Origin: Eledone cirrhosa
Taxonomy: Eukaryota
DNA: 64,000 nt
Direction: 5' to 3'
NCBI GenBank assembly: GCA_964016885.1
Contig: OZ024743.1
Span: 294,004,001 to 294,068,000, forward strand
The position numbers were made by a program, and so were the translations under genes. This document shows, piece after piece, positions 21,107-35,066 of the stretch; position 1 is the stretch's first letter; each line of letters starts with the position of its first letter. The notes under the pieces are model-generated. The model was not told where the DNA came from, made no database searches, and was given only the letters and a program-made list of their open reading frames with translations.

Positions 21107-21858
21107 GAAAAATAAAGATAGGTATTTATTAGTTTATCTGTTTGTTTACTAGTAACCTCACCATGCCCTGTTTGTGTGTATTATCCCGGAAACATATATT
21201 TATATGAATTAACTATATTTTACACAAATTACTTTAAACGGTGCTGATAATCTTCTTCATTTGAGAATGTTGATTACTCAGTATTGTTACTTCCAAACAA
21301 TTTCTAAGTCAAGAGATATACGTAAAATATACAAAATATATACATAAAAATATAATTTGAATCTAACATTTTATTTTTATCTTCTGGAAAATGGTATTTA
21401 TTTTGTAAAACACTGTACTCATTTACCTAGTTGCTCGAAATCAATTAGCTTTTTAATCAGTAAACTTTTCCAGTGATTTGTACGCATAAAATGATCTTTG
21501 TAAGTACAAAATGATTTTTCGTTAGGCTTTTTCTCCCAGGAGCTAAAAAGTAATCAAGAAAACATCCATTAGTTTATGACCTTCTTTAAAAATTAAGTTT
21601 ACTTGCATATAACCAGGCCCAAATTTCGCACACACACAGAGCATGACATGCATGTGTATATAAGCGCCGAAACATCTATGATCTGCGGTTTACAGCTGAT
21701 GAAGGATTTCTTCTCCTTTTTCGTCTATATTACCATCTTAAACTTTGTTTACAGTAACCACACAGCTCGTTTCGTTTCTTGTAATTTTTTATATATATAT
21801 ATATAAAATTACAAGAAACGAAACGGGCTGTGTGGTACTGTAAACAATGTTTAAGATC

Positions 21859-21983
<125 letters not shown>

Positions 21984-23398
21984 TGTGTGTGTGTGTGTGC
22001 ATGTGTGTGTGTGCGCGTGTGTGTATTCCCGTTTAGTTTTTCGGAAATTGGTAGAAGAAATGTGTGAATAAATCACCTAGTCGTCAATAATGCATATAAT
22101 ATTTGATATGAAACAGGAGACATACATTTTAATAGATAGTTTGTGCTCCTGGACATTTGATAGTTATGAAATGTTGTTCGAGAACATGGTTTTCAAAAGA
22201 CGACCTCATGGACAGAATTGTTCACTAAATTTATGTTTATCGAACGACAAAGATACCTGACTAGTTCTTAGGTCAAAACGCTTTGGTGTCAATAAACCAA
22301 CTAACCTAGTATAATCTAGTATAATCAACACATGCCGTAAACTGGCATGAACGAACTAATATATAAGGCGAATTGGCACATTGTTTTTTAATCGTCATAT
22401 TAAATGGCTTGAGACTTGTTTCTGCCATCTGTACTCTACATTTAAGTCCAGCCTTCTGTCACTGACGAAAAAATGACACACTTCTAAGAAATTGCAAACG
22501 GCATATAGTGCCAGAATAGAACAGATCAACGGAAATACACCTTACTTAGTCTAAATGAGGTTTTATCCACCAATGCATCGATTTATTACCATCACCACTA
22601 TATTTAATTTATGTTTGTTTCACTATATTTATTTATTCACCTTTATTTCGTTTTCTATTCATTATTCTTGGTGGATTGGCAGTTTCAGTAGGGGGTCGGA
22701 CGCCATGCTTTGTAGCATAGAGTTACGCCCCTTTACGGTCTGAGATCAAATCCCGCCGAGGTTAAATTTGCCTTTCATCTTTACGGGGTCGATAAGGTAA
22801 AGTAGCAATAATGCACTGGAATACTTGCTGGCCTTGTGCCAAAAGTAAACAATTATTATTATCTTTTTCGTGCATTTATACGTATACTTCCTACATTTTC
22901 TTTTAACCTTACTATTTTAAAATTATTTATTTACTTGAGAAGGGTAGTGGATTTGTAGTATCGGTAAAACTTCGAATGACATATTATGCGTGGCATATAG
23001 TTACATCCCTTTACGTTCCGAGTTAAAATTCCGCCGAGGTAAGCTTCGTCTTGCATCCTTAGAGTGTAGATAAAATATAAGACCTGTAACGCAATGAGGT
23101 CGATTTAATCGACTTTCTCCTCTCCCAAATGTGTTGGCTCTGTGCCTAAACTAGAAACCATTATTTATTTCATTCAGACTGAATAATATTTCTCTGCTTC
23201 ACACAATTGCTCACATTTCTTACTTTATTTCAGACTCTCTCGATATATTTCCATTGCTAACCGATTTACTACTTTATATATATTTTCGCACTCATTAATT
23301 AGTGTGTGACTTTATTTGTTTATAAATATAAATATATATATAAATATTACAAGTTCGCCAAAATGCAAACACACATTTATATATTCCGAGTATATTAG

Positions 23399-23462
<64 letters not shown>

Positions 23463-23807
23463 TAATCTAGCTGTCGTCTGTTCTACAGTGTGAATGTCAT
23501 TCACTTCGCACAGAAGTTTTGTTCAAATTTATTGAGGAAATTTTGTGAGTTCAAACTTAATTTTGATACAATTGTGTAACTTGACCCTCCGTCTGAACTG
23601 TCAGGCGGTGGGTCAGCTCATCTTTACCCCTCCTAGAGGTGAAAAACCTGTTTTAAAAAATTTTGTGTAAAAAATTTCAATCGTCTAACAGAAATGTTAA
23701 ACGCAGCGAACGAAAATAGTGGTGGGGGGACAGCGGTAAGAGTTGTAAGCTCGCACGCTTTAGTCCTCCCTTCCTTCCCAACTAACGTCATAGAGAAGTA
23801 AGGAAAA

Positions 23808-25598
23808 ATGAAAATAAAAACGGACGAATCTGCGGAGAAAAAATTAAATGACGAAAACATAAATCTGGACTTGGATTCCAACAACGAAAAAAAAAAATTT
23901 GAAAAATTGCATGACAATACTAATAACACAAACAAAGACACAACAAACAAAAAAATAACAGTTGAAAATAACATCATATCAGAAAACAAAGCAGACGACA
24001 AGATTTCATTTGCACAGAAAACAAAGAAATCTTTGACTTATATAGCGGAAAACATTTCAGATGTGGTACGAAGGATCACGGACGCAAAACAATACATAAG
24101 TGAAGGTGAGAATGGTATTTTATTGGTAAAAATGCCTCAAGAATTCACGAAAGACATTGAAAGCCGAACGGTCAAGTTTCGGACCATCAACAACAGTACA
24201 AAAAAACCTGAACAGCCTTCTCAAGCAGATATCAAAACAGTACTCACAGAAGTACTGAATGAAACAACTTTCATAAGAAAAGACAGACTGTATGGAAGCC
24301 TAGCAATTATCATGAAGAACGAATCGGCGGCAAAAAAATGTGCTTTGTCACCGATTCGTTCGAAAAATTTCACCTTTTATCCATCTTATATGGGAAAAAA
24401 AACTCAACGCATATGGCTGGATGCAATGATGCCAGATGTGGACTACTGCTGGCTCATAGTTGGCTTCATCGATCCAGTGAATGACAACGTGATTTCCATT
24501 GGGAAAACCACAGGCAATGCGTTCAGTGGAACAGGTATAGAGCTGGTAGTACAAATGAAGCCTGAACGCATCGCCCAAATACCCGACAGAATCCTATTAG
24601 AGGACCACGGGTATATAAACATTAGCGTGGAGGGGAGAAGGCCGTCCTGCCATATCTGTGCAGGCAGAGGGCACCTGAAGGCCGCTTGTCCCCAACTCAA
24701 CAAAAAGAAAACCCTACTACCAACACCAGCTCCACCACCACCACCACCACAACAGATAAACAAACAACAAAACTCAGTCCCACCCAACCCGTCCCTCAGT
24801 AACACCACAACACCACCACAACACAAACAGTCACAACACATTACCCCAAAACAAAATACAGGCCCACCCAACCTCTCACTCAATAAAACAACACAACCAC
24901 CGCAGACACAACACACAACACAGTCTAACATAGTGACATCCATCTCCCCCACAAAGAAAACCAACACGGAAACATTACCAGCAAACATACCTCTTCCCTC
25001 CAACACTGAAGATAACCCAACGAATTCGGAGGAAGAAACGGAGTGCTTCAGACAGATTAAAAGGAAAAAAAGAAAACATGTGCAAAACACACAAGGACAA
25101 ACAACCCCCACCCAAATCGCAACACAATCCAACAAAACAGAAAACACCCCTCCAGCAACAAACAAAACCAAACCTGCCCCTCCCCTCTTCGAAACACTCA
25201 CACCATCGGAAAAAAAGACATTACACTATACTTACATCAACAGAAACAATAATAAATTAAATGAACTCATATACAATAATCCTTCGGTACAAACCGAAGG
25301 TGTAAACTTTGTTTCGTCAGAAAACCACCCACATTTAAAACTAATAAAAATCCCAATGAACCTCTACCAAAAACTAAAAAAGGATTTTAAGGAGGACGTA
25401 GGACTACCCTCCGTCAAACCCATAAACCGCGTCCTACTAAAAAGCTTTCCCCCTCCCCTTCCCCTCCCCAACACAACTCCAAACACCCCAACCCCACCAC
25501 ACACTGACGACCCCACACCACCACAAGACACCCCTTCACCCAACACCCCCGACCCCATGGAAGTCGTGCAACCCGAACCCCGGGAAGCGGAAAGGTAG
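23808..25598 (+). CDS. LINE ORF1 (596 aa; VGPP>VGLP relative to copies 1 and 3)
   Basis: ORF track; CCHC knuckle. Confidence 0.88.
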   Translation: MKIKTDESAEKKLNDENINLDLDSNNEKKKFEKLHDNTNNTNKDTTNKKITVENNIISENKADDKISFAQKTKKSLTYIAENISDVVRRITDAKQYISEGENGILLVKMPQEFTKDIESRTVKFRTINNSTKKPEQPSQADIKTVLTEVLNETTFIRKDRLYGSLAIIMKNESAAKKCALSPIRSKNFTFYPSYMGKKTQRIWLDAMMPDVDYCWLIVGFIDPVNDNVISIGKTTGNAFSGTGIELVVQMKPERIAQIPDRILLEDHGYINISVEGRRPSCHICAGRGHLKAACPQLNKKKTLLPTPAPPPPPPQQINKQQNSVPPNPSLSNTTTPPQHKQSQHITPKQNTGPPNLSLNKTTQPPQTQHTTQSNIVTSISPTKKTNTETLPANIPLPSNTEDNPTNSEEETECFRQIKRKKRKHVQNTQGQTTPTQIATQSNKTENTPPATNKTKPAPPLFETLTPSEKKTLHYTYINRNNNKLNELIYNNPSVQTEGVNFVSSENHPHLKLIKIPMNLYQKLKKDFKEDVGLPSVKPINRVLLKSFPPPLPLPNTTPNTPTPPHTDDPTPPQDTPSPNTPDPMEVVQPEPREAER

Positions 25599-25631
25599 GT
25601 CTCTACACTCTCCTTTGGCTCTGCCGCCCAC

Positions 25632-28600
25632 ATGGATGTGTTAAGAGTAGGATGTTTGAATGCACGTGGCCTGGGCTCAACTTGGAAGCAAGCAAAGCTT
25701 CTAAATGACCTCAGGTCATGTAGTATAAATGTAATGGTTATCTGTGAGACTCGAATCAGCGTCATGCGGCAGCTGGCCCCCACCTTCGATGACTTTGAGG
25801 TGCATGCATCTCTCTGTCAACCTGGATGTGGGGGTGGGGTTGTCGTGCTGCTGCAAAAACACCTGGGTCTTGCCGTACAGGTTGTGCACTCGGACCCGGA
25901 GGGTCGTTTGTTGGAGCTAGACGTTGGCAGTAGTGAAAGTGCGGCCTTGAGACTGGTCGCCGTCTACTCCCCTTTCGGAGCTGAACGGCCCGACTTCTTC
26001 CAGCGTTTGGAGACTTTTCTGGGAACGTCGCGTTCCCTGCTTCTAGCGGGGGATTGGAATGACATCCTGGATGCACGTTGGGACTATGCAGGAGCATGTC
26101 CTAATAGAGGGGGGTGTAACAGCCTCAAGGGGTTACTCGACCGTTTTAACTTGGTCGATAGATATCGACTAGATTTTCCAACTGTGCCTACCTGGACTTG
26201 GAGAAACCACAGTGGTCAATCTAGATCGTACTTAGATAGATTCTTAGTTAGAAGTAAGGATAGGGACATATTAAGCTGTCCAGAAATGCGCACGGTTGGC
26301 TACACGGATCACAAATTAGTGACCTGCGTGGTCAATCTCGAGAAAACACATAGACAGGGTCCCGGTTACTGGAAACTTAATTTGTCTTTACCGGCAAAAG
26401 AGACTTACAGAAACCGGATTAGCAGATTAGTTAAGGAGAGGTTGACGGGTGCAATCGTCAACAACCGATGGTGGGCATCTCTCAAAAGAGAGATTAGAAC
26501 AGAATCAATAAGTTATAGCAAGATGTTAGCTGCCGATAGGAATAGGAACGAGAAAGAATTAACAGGTAAATTAGAAGAGGCAATCAAGAGCGAAGATGTG
26601 GCCAGAGTGCTGGCATCGAGGACGGCCTTGAACCAGTTTTTCGATGCAAAGCATGAAGGCTGCGTCATTCGAAGTAAAATACGTGCTCTAGGTAATGAGG
26701 GGGCCAAAGCCGTTGGATGGGCCCGCGTGACAGAAGCTAAGAGTGGAAATCGATCCACCATCCGGTCGTTGCAAGACGAAGATGGACGAGTGATCCGGGA
26801 GCCTAAGCAGATGTGCGAGGCCTTTCAAAAGCACTTTGCCCGATTGTTCGGGGGAGGCGAGGGTCCGGGCCGGGGCGTGGATTTCGGTCCATACCTCGAC
26901 GGCCTGCCGCGTCTCTCGAGCAAAGAGGCAGAGTCCTGCGAGGCACCAATCTCGGCTGATGAGATCGGAGATGCGCTGAGCCAATGCAGCAGACGCAAAT
27001 CTCCAGGTCTCGATGGTATACCTTACGAACTTTATTTAGCAATACCGGTCTTCTTCTCCGAACTCCTCGAAGCGGTCTACTGCAATTGGCAGCAGAACGG
27101 GAGAATTCCTTGTTCTGTAGCCAAGGGCGTAGTCACGCTGGTGAGGAAGGACGAGAACAAGGGGGATAGTATAAATAATTTTCGGCCCATAACCCTGCTA
27201 AACACAGAGTTAAAGATTTTGGCCAAGGTGTTAGCAAAGAGGTTGGCGCTTGTCGTGGGTGGCCTGGTGGGAGATGCGCAGACATGTGCTATCCCATCCA
27301 GGTCCATTCACGATAACCTCCACCTCATGCGATACATCATAGAGAGGGTTGGCAACAAACCCGGCTTCGGTGGGGCCCTGATCAACTTGGATCAGTCTAA
27401 GGCCTTCGATAGGGTCGACCATGGTTACCTGGATGCGGTGCTAGCGGCGGCTGGGTTCGGTCCTGTTTTCAGAGGCTGGATCACTGCCCTACATAGCAAC
27501 CACATCTGTTCTAGGATCAAGGTGAACGGCTACCTTTCGAAGCCGTTCGAAATCACACGATCCATTCGACAGGGGTGCCCTCTCTCCTCCCTTCTGTACG
27601 TATTGACTCTCGAGCCTTTACTGAGGAAGTTGGAGTTGTTGCAGGGTATCCCCCTGGAACAAGAATTGAGCAAAGCGGTGTCGGCCTACGCCGATGACGT
27701 AACAGTAATGGTATCAACCGACTCGGAGATCGAGGCGATCGGTACCTTACTGGAGGAGTACGAAAGGTTGTCAGGAGCGAAACTGAACCGGGAAAAATCC
27801 ATCGGGCTGCAACTCGGAACGTGGAGAGGCAAACCGATGCCTCCTGACGGTGTCGTCGGACACTGGACGGAGGGCCCGGTAAAGTTGCTTGGGGTCTGGT
27901 TTGGACCGGACCTCCAGGTGGAAAAGAACTGGAACGAGGTTACGAACAAGGTGTTTGCACTAACCCAGAAATGGGCCAAGTGTAAGCTGTCCCTAAAAGG
28001 CCGGGCGGAGGTGGCGAACATTTACATAGCGTCCGTCACTTACTACCGCCTGACTGTCGTGCCTTGCCCTAAGGAAACACTCACCACCATGGAACGCATG
28101 CTCTTCCAATTTCTTTGGAAGAAGCGTCCTCCTATGGTGAGAAGATCCATCTGCTGCCAACAACCTTCGAAAGGAGGGCTGGGGATGCCGTGGTTGATGA
28201 TGCGTAGGCACGCATTAAGGCTACGGCACCTACAGGTATTCCTCACTGGTCAACCGGTGTGGGCTCCGTTCGTGAAACGAGCCTTTCCGAGACTCGTCTC
28301 ACTCACCGAGCTACAGTCCTGGGTCAAGCAAAGATCCGGAAAACTGGGAGACTGGCACACTGAGTGTGCTCAGGCGCTCAGGGCTCTCTGGCAAGCGGGC
28401 CAGGCCATCGGTGGAGAATCCACCTCATTCTATAGAGGGCTGGTGGCTAGCAGGGGCGATGACACCCTTGGAGAGTCGCTGGACATGGAGGAAGACGAAC
28501 TGGCCAGCCTGTTCGGTAGGACTTTCGGCCCAGGACCAATGGACAACTTCCAGAAGTCACTGGCCTGGCAGTGCTACCGAGGGGCTCTACACGTTCGAGA

Positions 28601-29066
28601 GAGGCTCTACAGACACGGGCGCCCGGGCAGGGATCCCTCAAAAAAGATTTGCCCTAGATGCGTGCGTCACGAAGAAACCGTAGCGCACGCATTGGTGCAA
28701 TGTCCGGGCGTGGCTGATCTGTGGGGCTACGCCGAACAACTGCTGTCGCGGGTGGCGCCGATTAAATTGACCGCCGAGTCCGTGATGACAATCAAACCGC
28801 CTCCCCTCTTCACAAAGGAAGCAAAGGCGGTTTTTCTGTGCGTAATAGCCATGTTGAAAGAGGTTGTTTGGTGGACACGATTGAAAGGTCTGAGGTCAGG
28901 CAACTTCCTCTCTGGCCATAGTCTGGTCTACTTCTTCCGATATCACTTCGGAAGAAGGATAAGAATGGAGAGAGAGGTGCTTGGCCACAGGCAGTTTTAT
29001 GAAAGGTGGGTGATAGTGGCGAGAATGGCTCGTGTAAATGGGCCTTCTCTGTATACCATCCTGTAG
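25632..29066 (+). CDS. LINE ORF2 APE-RT-ZnF (1144 aa)
   Basis: Same motifs as copy 1; CEGP>CEAP. Confidence 0.97.
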   Translation: MDVLRVGCLNARGLGSTWKQAKLLNDLRSCSINVMVICETRISVMRQLAPTFDDFEVHASLCQPGCGGGVVVLLQKHLGLAVQVVHSDPEGRLLELDVGSSESAALRLVAVYSPFGAERPDFFQRLETFLGTSRSLLLAGDWNDILDARWDYAGACPNRGGCNSLKGLLDRFNLVDRYRLDFPTVPTWTWRNHSGQSRSYLDRFLVRSKDRDILSCPEMRTVGYTDHKLVTCVVNLEKTHRQGPGYWKLNLSLPAKETYRNRISRLVKERLTGAIVNNRWWASLKREIRTESISYSKMLAADRNRNEKELTGKLEEAIKSEDVARVLASRTALNQFFDAKHEGCVIRSKIRALGNEGAKAVGWARVTEAKSGNRSTIRSLQDEDGRVIREPKQMCEAFQKHFARLFGGGEGPGRGVDFGPYLDGLPRLSSKEAESCEAPISADEIGDALSQCSRRKSPGLDGIPYELYLAIPVFFSELLEAVYCNWQQNGRIPCSVAKGVVTLVRKDENKGDSINNFRPITLLNTELKILAKVLAKRLALVVGGLVGDAQTCAIPSRSIHDNLHLMRYIIERVGNKPGFGGALINLDQSKAFDRVDHGYLDAVLAAAGFGPVFRGWITALHSNHICSRIKVNGYLSKPFEITRSIRQGCPLSSLLYVLTLEPLLRKLELLQGIPLEQELSKAVSAYADDVTVMVSTDSEIEAIGTLLEEYERLSGAKLNREKSIGLQLGTWRGKPMPPDGVVGHWTEGPVKLLGVWFGPDLQVEKNWNEVTNKVFALTQKWAKCKLSLKGRAEVANIYIASVTYYRLTVVPCPKETLTTMERMLFQFLWKKRPPMVRRSICCQQPSKGGLGMPWLMMRRHALRLRHLQVFLTGQPVWAPFVKRAFPRLVSLTELQSWVKQRSGKLGDWHTECAQALRALWQAGQAIGGESTSFYRGLVASRGDDTLGESLDMEEDELASLFGRTFGPGPMDNFQKSLAWQCYRGALHVRERLYRHGRPGRDPSKKICPRCVRHEETVAHALVQCPGVADLWGYAEQLLSRVAPIKLTAESVMTIKPPPLFTKEAKAVFLCVIAMLKEVVWWTRLKGLRSGNFLSGHSLVYFFRYHFGRRIRMEREVLGHRQFYERWVIVARMARVNGPSLYTIL

Positions 29067-29280
29067 GTAAAGAAGTAAAGGAGAGGGGAGCACCTTCTCC
29101 ATGTGCTCCCCGGGCAAAGGATTGCACACTTTTTCGGGGGTGTGTGCAACCCCCATCACGTCCCCTCCCTTTTGAGGTTATTTTCGATTATTTTCATGTT
29201 ACACCCTTTTTACTCGATTATATGTAAACTCCCCCTTTGTATTTGTCCCTTCTTTTTATGCCTTTATGGTAAATAAAGAA

Positions 29281-29317
<37 letters not shown>

Positions 29318-29609
29318 CCTACCTACCTGCCTGACTGTCTGTCAGTGTGTCTGTCTGTTTATTGCATGTCCATGTGTATCCATATAAGCTTAAACATCTT
29401 TAGCTGAGACTATATATATACATACACACACACACGCATATTTAGATGCCCCCCCCCTCAATCTATCTTATTTCTCATTTTTCTTCTGATGAAGGACTAG
29501 CGTCCGAAACGTTAAGACTCTCTTCCTGCTATATCAAGCGTTAACCTAATATATCCCTTCCATATACTGTACCAATTCTGTTGTTATTTCTGTTTATCTT
29601 TTACACACA

Positions 29610-29716
<107 letters not shown>

Positions 29717-29736
29717 GTGCAAACACACACACACAC

Positions 29737-29774
<38 letters not shown>

Positions 29775-29828
29775 GTGGCTGTTTATAGTGTAGGTATATG
29801 CACATATATGCATCTTGTTATTCATGTC

Positions 29829-32800
29829 TTAGGCCAGAAAGTTTTCATTCGGAAAAGTTAGTAGGAGAAACACCACTAAGTTCGTTAAGTCTGGATATAC
29901 CCTTTTCATCAATTCAGCTGGGGAATTCACCATGATAGCAATATGAGTCAAGTTGATATAACCATTCCCATCAATTGGTACTTTCCCATTTCCTAATTGG
30001 GGGAGTCGGGTTGGAAACTCTTCTGTACATTGATCCCCATGTAATAAAGCTCGCATGTTAGTATTGGAGGAGAATTTCTGTACTTCATTCCATAAGTGCA
30101 AAGACTTAATGCATGCTTTTATTTCATCAGCTCTTGTTCTCCTCAGAATGACTGGTAATGTCTGTTTGAAGTCTCCTGATAAACCTAATGTAACTCCTCC
30201 CATAGATTTATTGTTGCCTCTTATGTTCTGTAAGGTCTTATCAGAGATTCCATTGCACATCTATGCGACATGGTACATTCATCCAAATTATCAGATGGCA
30301 TTGGCGCAACACTTCTGCTGAACCTGAACCTTTGCTTATGTTACAAATCGGATTGTCATTTGTAACCAGGTTTAGCGGTAATTTAAAAGCAGAATGAGCT
30401 GTTCGCCCTGGGAGATGATGCCAGATGATGCTACAGCAACTGCAATTCTTTTTGTTGGCTTACTTTGAAGAGAAGCAATGTTGCTACAAATGTTTTACCT
30501 GTGCCACCAAGAGCATTAAGAATGAACATTCCTACACTTTTTTTCTCTGACTGACGATATAATTGTATCATATGTACAGCGTTATTCTGGAAGAAGTTTA
30601 GGTTCATGTCATTCACAAATGCAGCCAATTCTGTGATGTCATAATTTATCACTCTTACTATGTCACTCGAAATTAAATCGCTAATATGACGGTTTGTTTT
30701 TGGCATTCCTGAACCAGTTTCTTGCAAATGTTTGCCTCCCATGACTAAAACTTGATCCTCAATTTCAATCAATGCTTGGTTAAAAAATTTTCAGAGAACT
30801 TAATATTGATATCTGTGGTTTCCTGATGAACTACATACTTTAAGTCCTCACAATGTTTCATGTAAAGCTGTAGGGGACTGCCAAGTTGATACATGTTCAG
30901 CATAATTGTAAAAAGGTTACGGAGTTTCCTTGGAGAATCTGACACTGATGCATCAGTCAATGCAAGGTCCCAATTCTCATCATTTTCTAAAAAACTTGTT
31001 GATAGCATGCTTCCTTATAAGTTTCACACACATGACCATTTACCCTCCTCAAAACTTGGAATGATTTGGGACAACGTACTTCATGCAAAAGGAGCCGTAA
31101 TTAGTAGCATTCTGCTTGGCTTGGGTGGGCACTGTAAACTCTTGCAAGAGGGTCAACCCCACGTTTCCTCTTGTACCATTTATTGTTTCTCCAGGTGTAA
31201 TACTTGGGTAATTCTAGGTAAAGGAGTTTTCCTGCATCTTCATCTTCTTGACCCAACTCAAAAAAAGTAGTAAGGGTAGTTTCTTTTGGAGAAAGTGCAT
31301 GTTGCAAGGATGTTTGTTTGTAAAGATAGCCCTTTGGCCATTCTCTTGATGGACCCTCAGATGAATGATGGCTGGGTGCCTCTCATGAATGGGAAAATTG
31401 AAGATGCACCAAAAAGCCTCATTGTTACTGATGTATCTTCCTCTCTCATACTATGCAACTTCGTCATTTTTATTTATCTACTGACTGACAATCTGCATAA
31501 GAGTAAATGTTGCAGCATCTAAACCTTTGTTTATACATTTGCAAACATACTTAATAGACTTAATAGAGTTGCAGAATTCAACATTGATATGGGCTTTGAA
31601 AGATTTTGTAAGAAGAGGTCAGTAGGGTACAACCCACCGATTGTCAGTTTTTGGGAAGTGAATCCACCATACCCAGGCTTTCTTCTGCAAAGGGGTTAAT
31701 CACCTTCTCCAGTTTGGGTTTCTTGTACAGAGGGGCGTGGGTAGTTCTTGGTACACTCATGCATGGAGAAGATAGTTTAATTGAACCACAGGGCCCATGA
31801 ATGATCTGGAACATGACAATTTCATGCAGCAAAGGATCTTGCTGTGGATCAGGCAGTTCAGCTGAGATAAATAAATCAATATCATTTGGCCGAAGAATGT
31901 GGCCATGTAGCAATCCCCGTTTTTGCCATTCAATTGTATACATGTCACATTTGACTGGTCCAAAGACTTCACCGTTTTTAGGAGATCCATCAGATTTATG
32001 ATTTTAAGTCTGAACACCCTAGCTCTAATATCATGGCGATCTTTGGCTTCTTGATGATGATAAAACTCACCCTTTATTTCATGACATGTTGGTTTACATG
32101 TGAATGTAATGAAGAGGTCTTGACGACCAGTGTCTGATATAGGTAAGTGCATCTTGGGTGCGCTTATGCATATACCGTGGACTTACTGCAAATCTAGATG
32201 GAAGAATAACACTAAGCTGTCCGATTTTATCAGCAGCCAATTCTCCTTCATTACTGATTATATCTCTCAGGTGAATGTAATCTGATGCACGGAGAGCTTT
32301 CTGATGTGTTCTAATGTAAAGAAGCCTTTCTCCTTCGATTTTGCACATATATCAATTTCAAATTGCTGGAAGAGCACCCGTGAACGATGAAGAATATTGA
32401 AGTTTTGTTCTCTTAATATGAAAAGGTATGCATAGAGTTCTATGCAGTTTACTGTTTTTATCAGTACCGGGCTCTTGTTTTAAAATCTGTTTTTTTTTAA
32501 TACCAAAGGGAAATACATCTTGGCCAAATACACAGATGAATGGATGGATACTGGAGTTCATTATATGATCGGTGGTTGTATTTATCCACTGCATCTTATT
32601 TCCTCTTGCTTGTCTCACCCCATACTCGTCGCCTGTAATAATTGCTGCTACTTTATTTGCGGCTTCTGTGTTCAGCAACAAGCTTTTGTGTCTGCATATC
32701 TTGTATTCAGTGGGTGGTGCAGATTCTAATGATACTTGAAGCTTCTGATTTAGCTATTGTTTGCATGCAACATATCTTACAGATCAGTGATCAATTCTTC

Positions 32801-33736
32801 TTTCAAATTTGGAAGGTTAAATGACCATTGCAAAGCCTGCTCCTTGTAATTTGCCCAAAAATATAGCTGTGAAAACTGAGGATTTTTGTCTTCAGTTGGC
32901 AACAAAGATCCAATACGATGGTACAGTATATTTGGATTTGAACTTTAAAAGTTGGCTTCATGTTCTCTTCTCTTATAATATTGCTACCAAGTATCTCATT
33001 TGGAAGGCAGAATTATAATTCCTAAAGTTTTTCAATAAGTACATGCTCCTTGGTATGTTTCATAAAAAAACCAATGCCTTCAAAGTATCTGGGCGTGTAC
33101 CAAACGTCGGTAAAACAGCCGTTCCCCCACCACACCACATAGTGGTGATTTCTCTTTCCTATTTCTTTCCTTTACAAAACCTGCACTCTTTTGACATTGC
33201 TCCAATATCAATCAATTTCTCTGTAGAATAATGTTTCTGATTATAGTTGAGAGCTGATCTTTTCCAAGTCCCTTTGAAAGGTGCAACACTTTTGTCAAAC
33301 GTATTCAGCCTATCTTGATCAAGACGCTTACGTCTTTCTTCTAAGGATTGGCAAAGTTTTGTAGCAACTGTTTGCTCCTGCTTTATTCTTGTCTAATCTC
33401 TCGCTAGCCTAATGTCTCATTGGCAACCCTGGCAGCCTGTCTTTGTCTTGCATCCTTTAAACGTATTTCTTTTGCTTCTTTTGACTCTTCGTTCCTGAGG
33501 GTTGCATTTTGTTGACGTAATTGTTCGAACCGTTTTTTCCCTTGTGACTCATTAGCCCTGCGTGAAGCAGCTCTACTCCGCTCATTTTCATGTCTTTGCT
33601 GTCGATGTGCAGGGGTCTTTAGTGACCTTGCTCTGGCTATCTGGACTAGTCTTTGCTTGACTCTAGAATACTGATCATCCACATCTACCACATGCTGATT
33701 GTTTTTACTTTCTGTGGAACGCCGCACGCACCACAC
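29829..33736 (-). pseudogene. Decayed Helitron RepHel, unit B copy
   Basis: Same ORF fragments at +20400. Confidence 0.9.
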
Positions 33737-34044
33737 ACACAGTCACTCATGTTAATAGTTATTGCTTGCCTTCGCCTCTTTTTCCACACACATCACACAC
33801 TCATGTATCTACACTAACACATATACATAAAGTATCCATCATACAGCGTCTCTCTCTCCCTCCCGTTACCCCCTTTCTTTCAACTTCTCCTATAGAAATT
33901 GTTCTCTCTCTGTGTTTCTTTCTCTCTTCTCTCTGTCTTATTCTCAATCTGTGTTTCTCTCGCTCACACATATTCTCTCTCACCCTCTGCAACTTTTCTT
34001 CTCTTTTAGTCTATGACAGTTTCTTTCACCATTTTCTTTCTTTC

Positions 34045-34237
<193 letters not shown>

Positions 34238-34355
34238 ATTAACAAAGGTTTCAATTAAAGCAGTTATTTGATATACGACCGTTTCATTAAACTAACGAAA
34301 ATGTTGCATTCCTATTAGAATAAATACTCAGATTCGATCAAATACAAATACATGT

Positions 34356-34452
<97 letters not shown>

Positions 34453-35035
34453 TTGCTTTCACGCAATCTGTGTGTACACACTGAAAGACAACATATATGA
34501 CGCTGACCTCTTCATTAAGTTTAAGATTGGAGGAATTGAAACACTTCGTATGGATTCATAAATACGTGGCGCTGGTCATATCATGAACATTGGTGACAAA
34601 AGAATACAAAAAGCCCTATGTACAACCGGCTCAATGGTGGATATATATGTTTGACGACCATGGCTCAGATACAAAGACAAGCTGAACAGTAATCCTATGA
34701 ATTCAATTTATCTATGAGACATTTGAGCAAGTAGCAATGCAGCGGAAGAACTGGAGATCAGTGTGTCATAATGGGATCAGGAAATTTGAGACCGTTTGTA
34801 TCCGAAGGCTACAAGAAGCAAGAGGAAGGAGAAAAGACTATCAAACATACCACCAAAATTATCCAGTAAACCTCACTCTTGCACGATCTGTGGGCTTGGT
34901 TGGAAATCCTTGGCTGGTTTAAAATGTCATGTTCAATATAAATATCCAAACTGAATGAACTGAGTAGGTTGTTTAGATCCTCATACGTCGAAATCGATGG
35001 GAGAGTCCACCATATATGCATACGTATGTACGTAC

Positions 35036-35066
<31 letters not shown>

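Larger units (their letters stand above)
23461..29280 (+). mobile_element. Full-length Tx1/L1-clade LINE, copy 2
   Basis: Same structure and (ATCT)n flanks as copy 1. Confidence 0.93.
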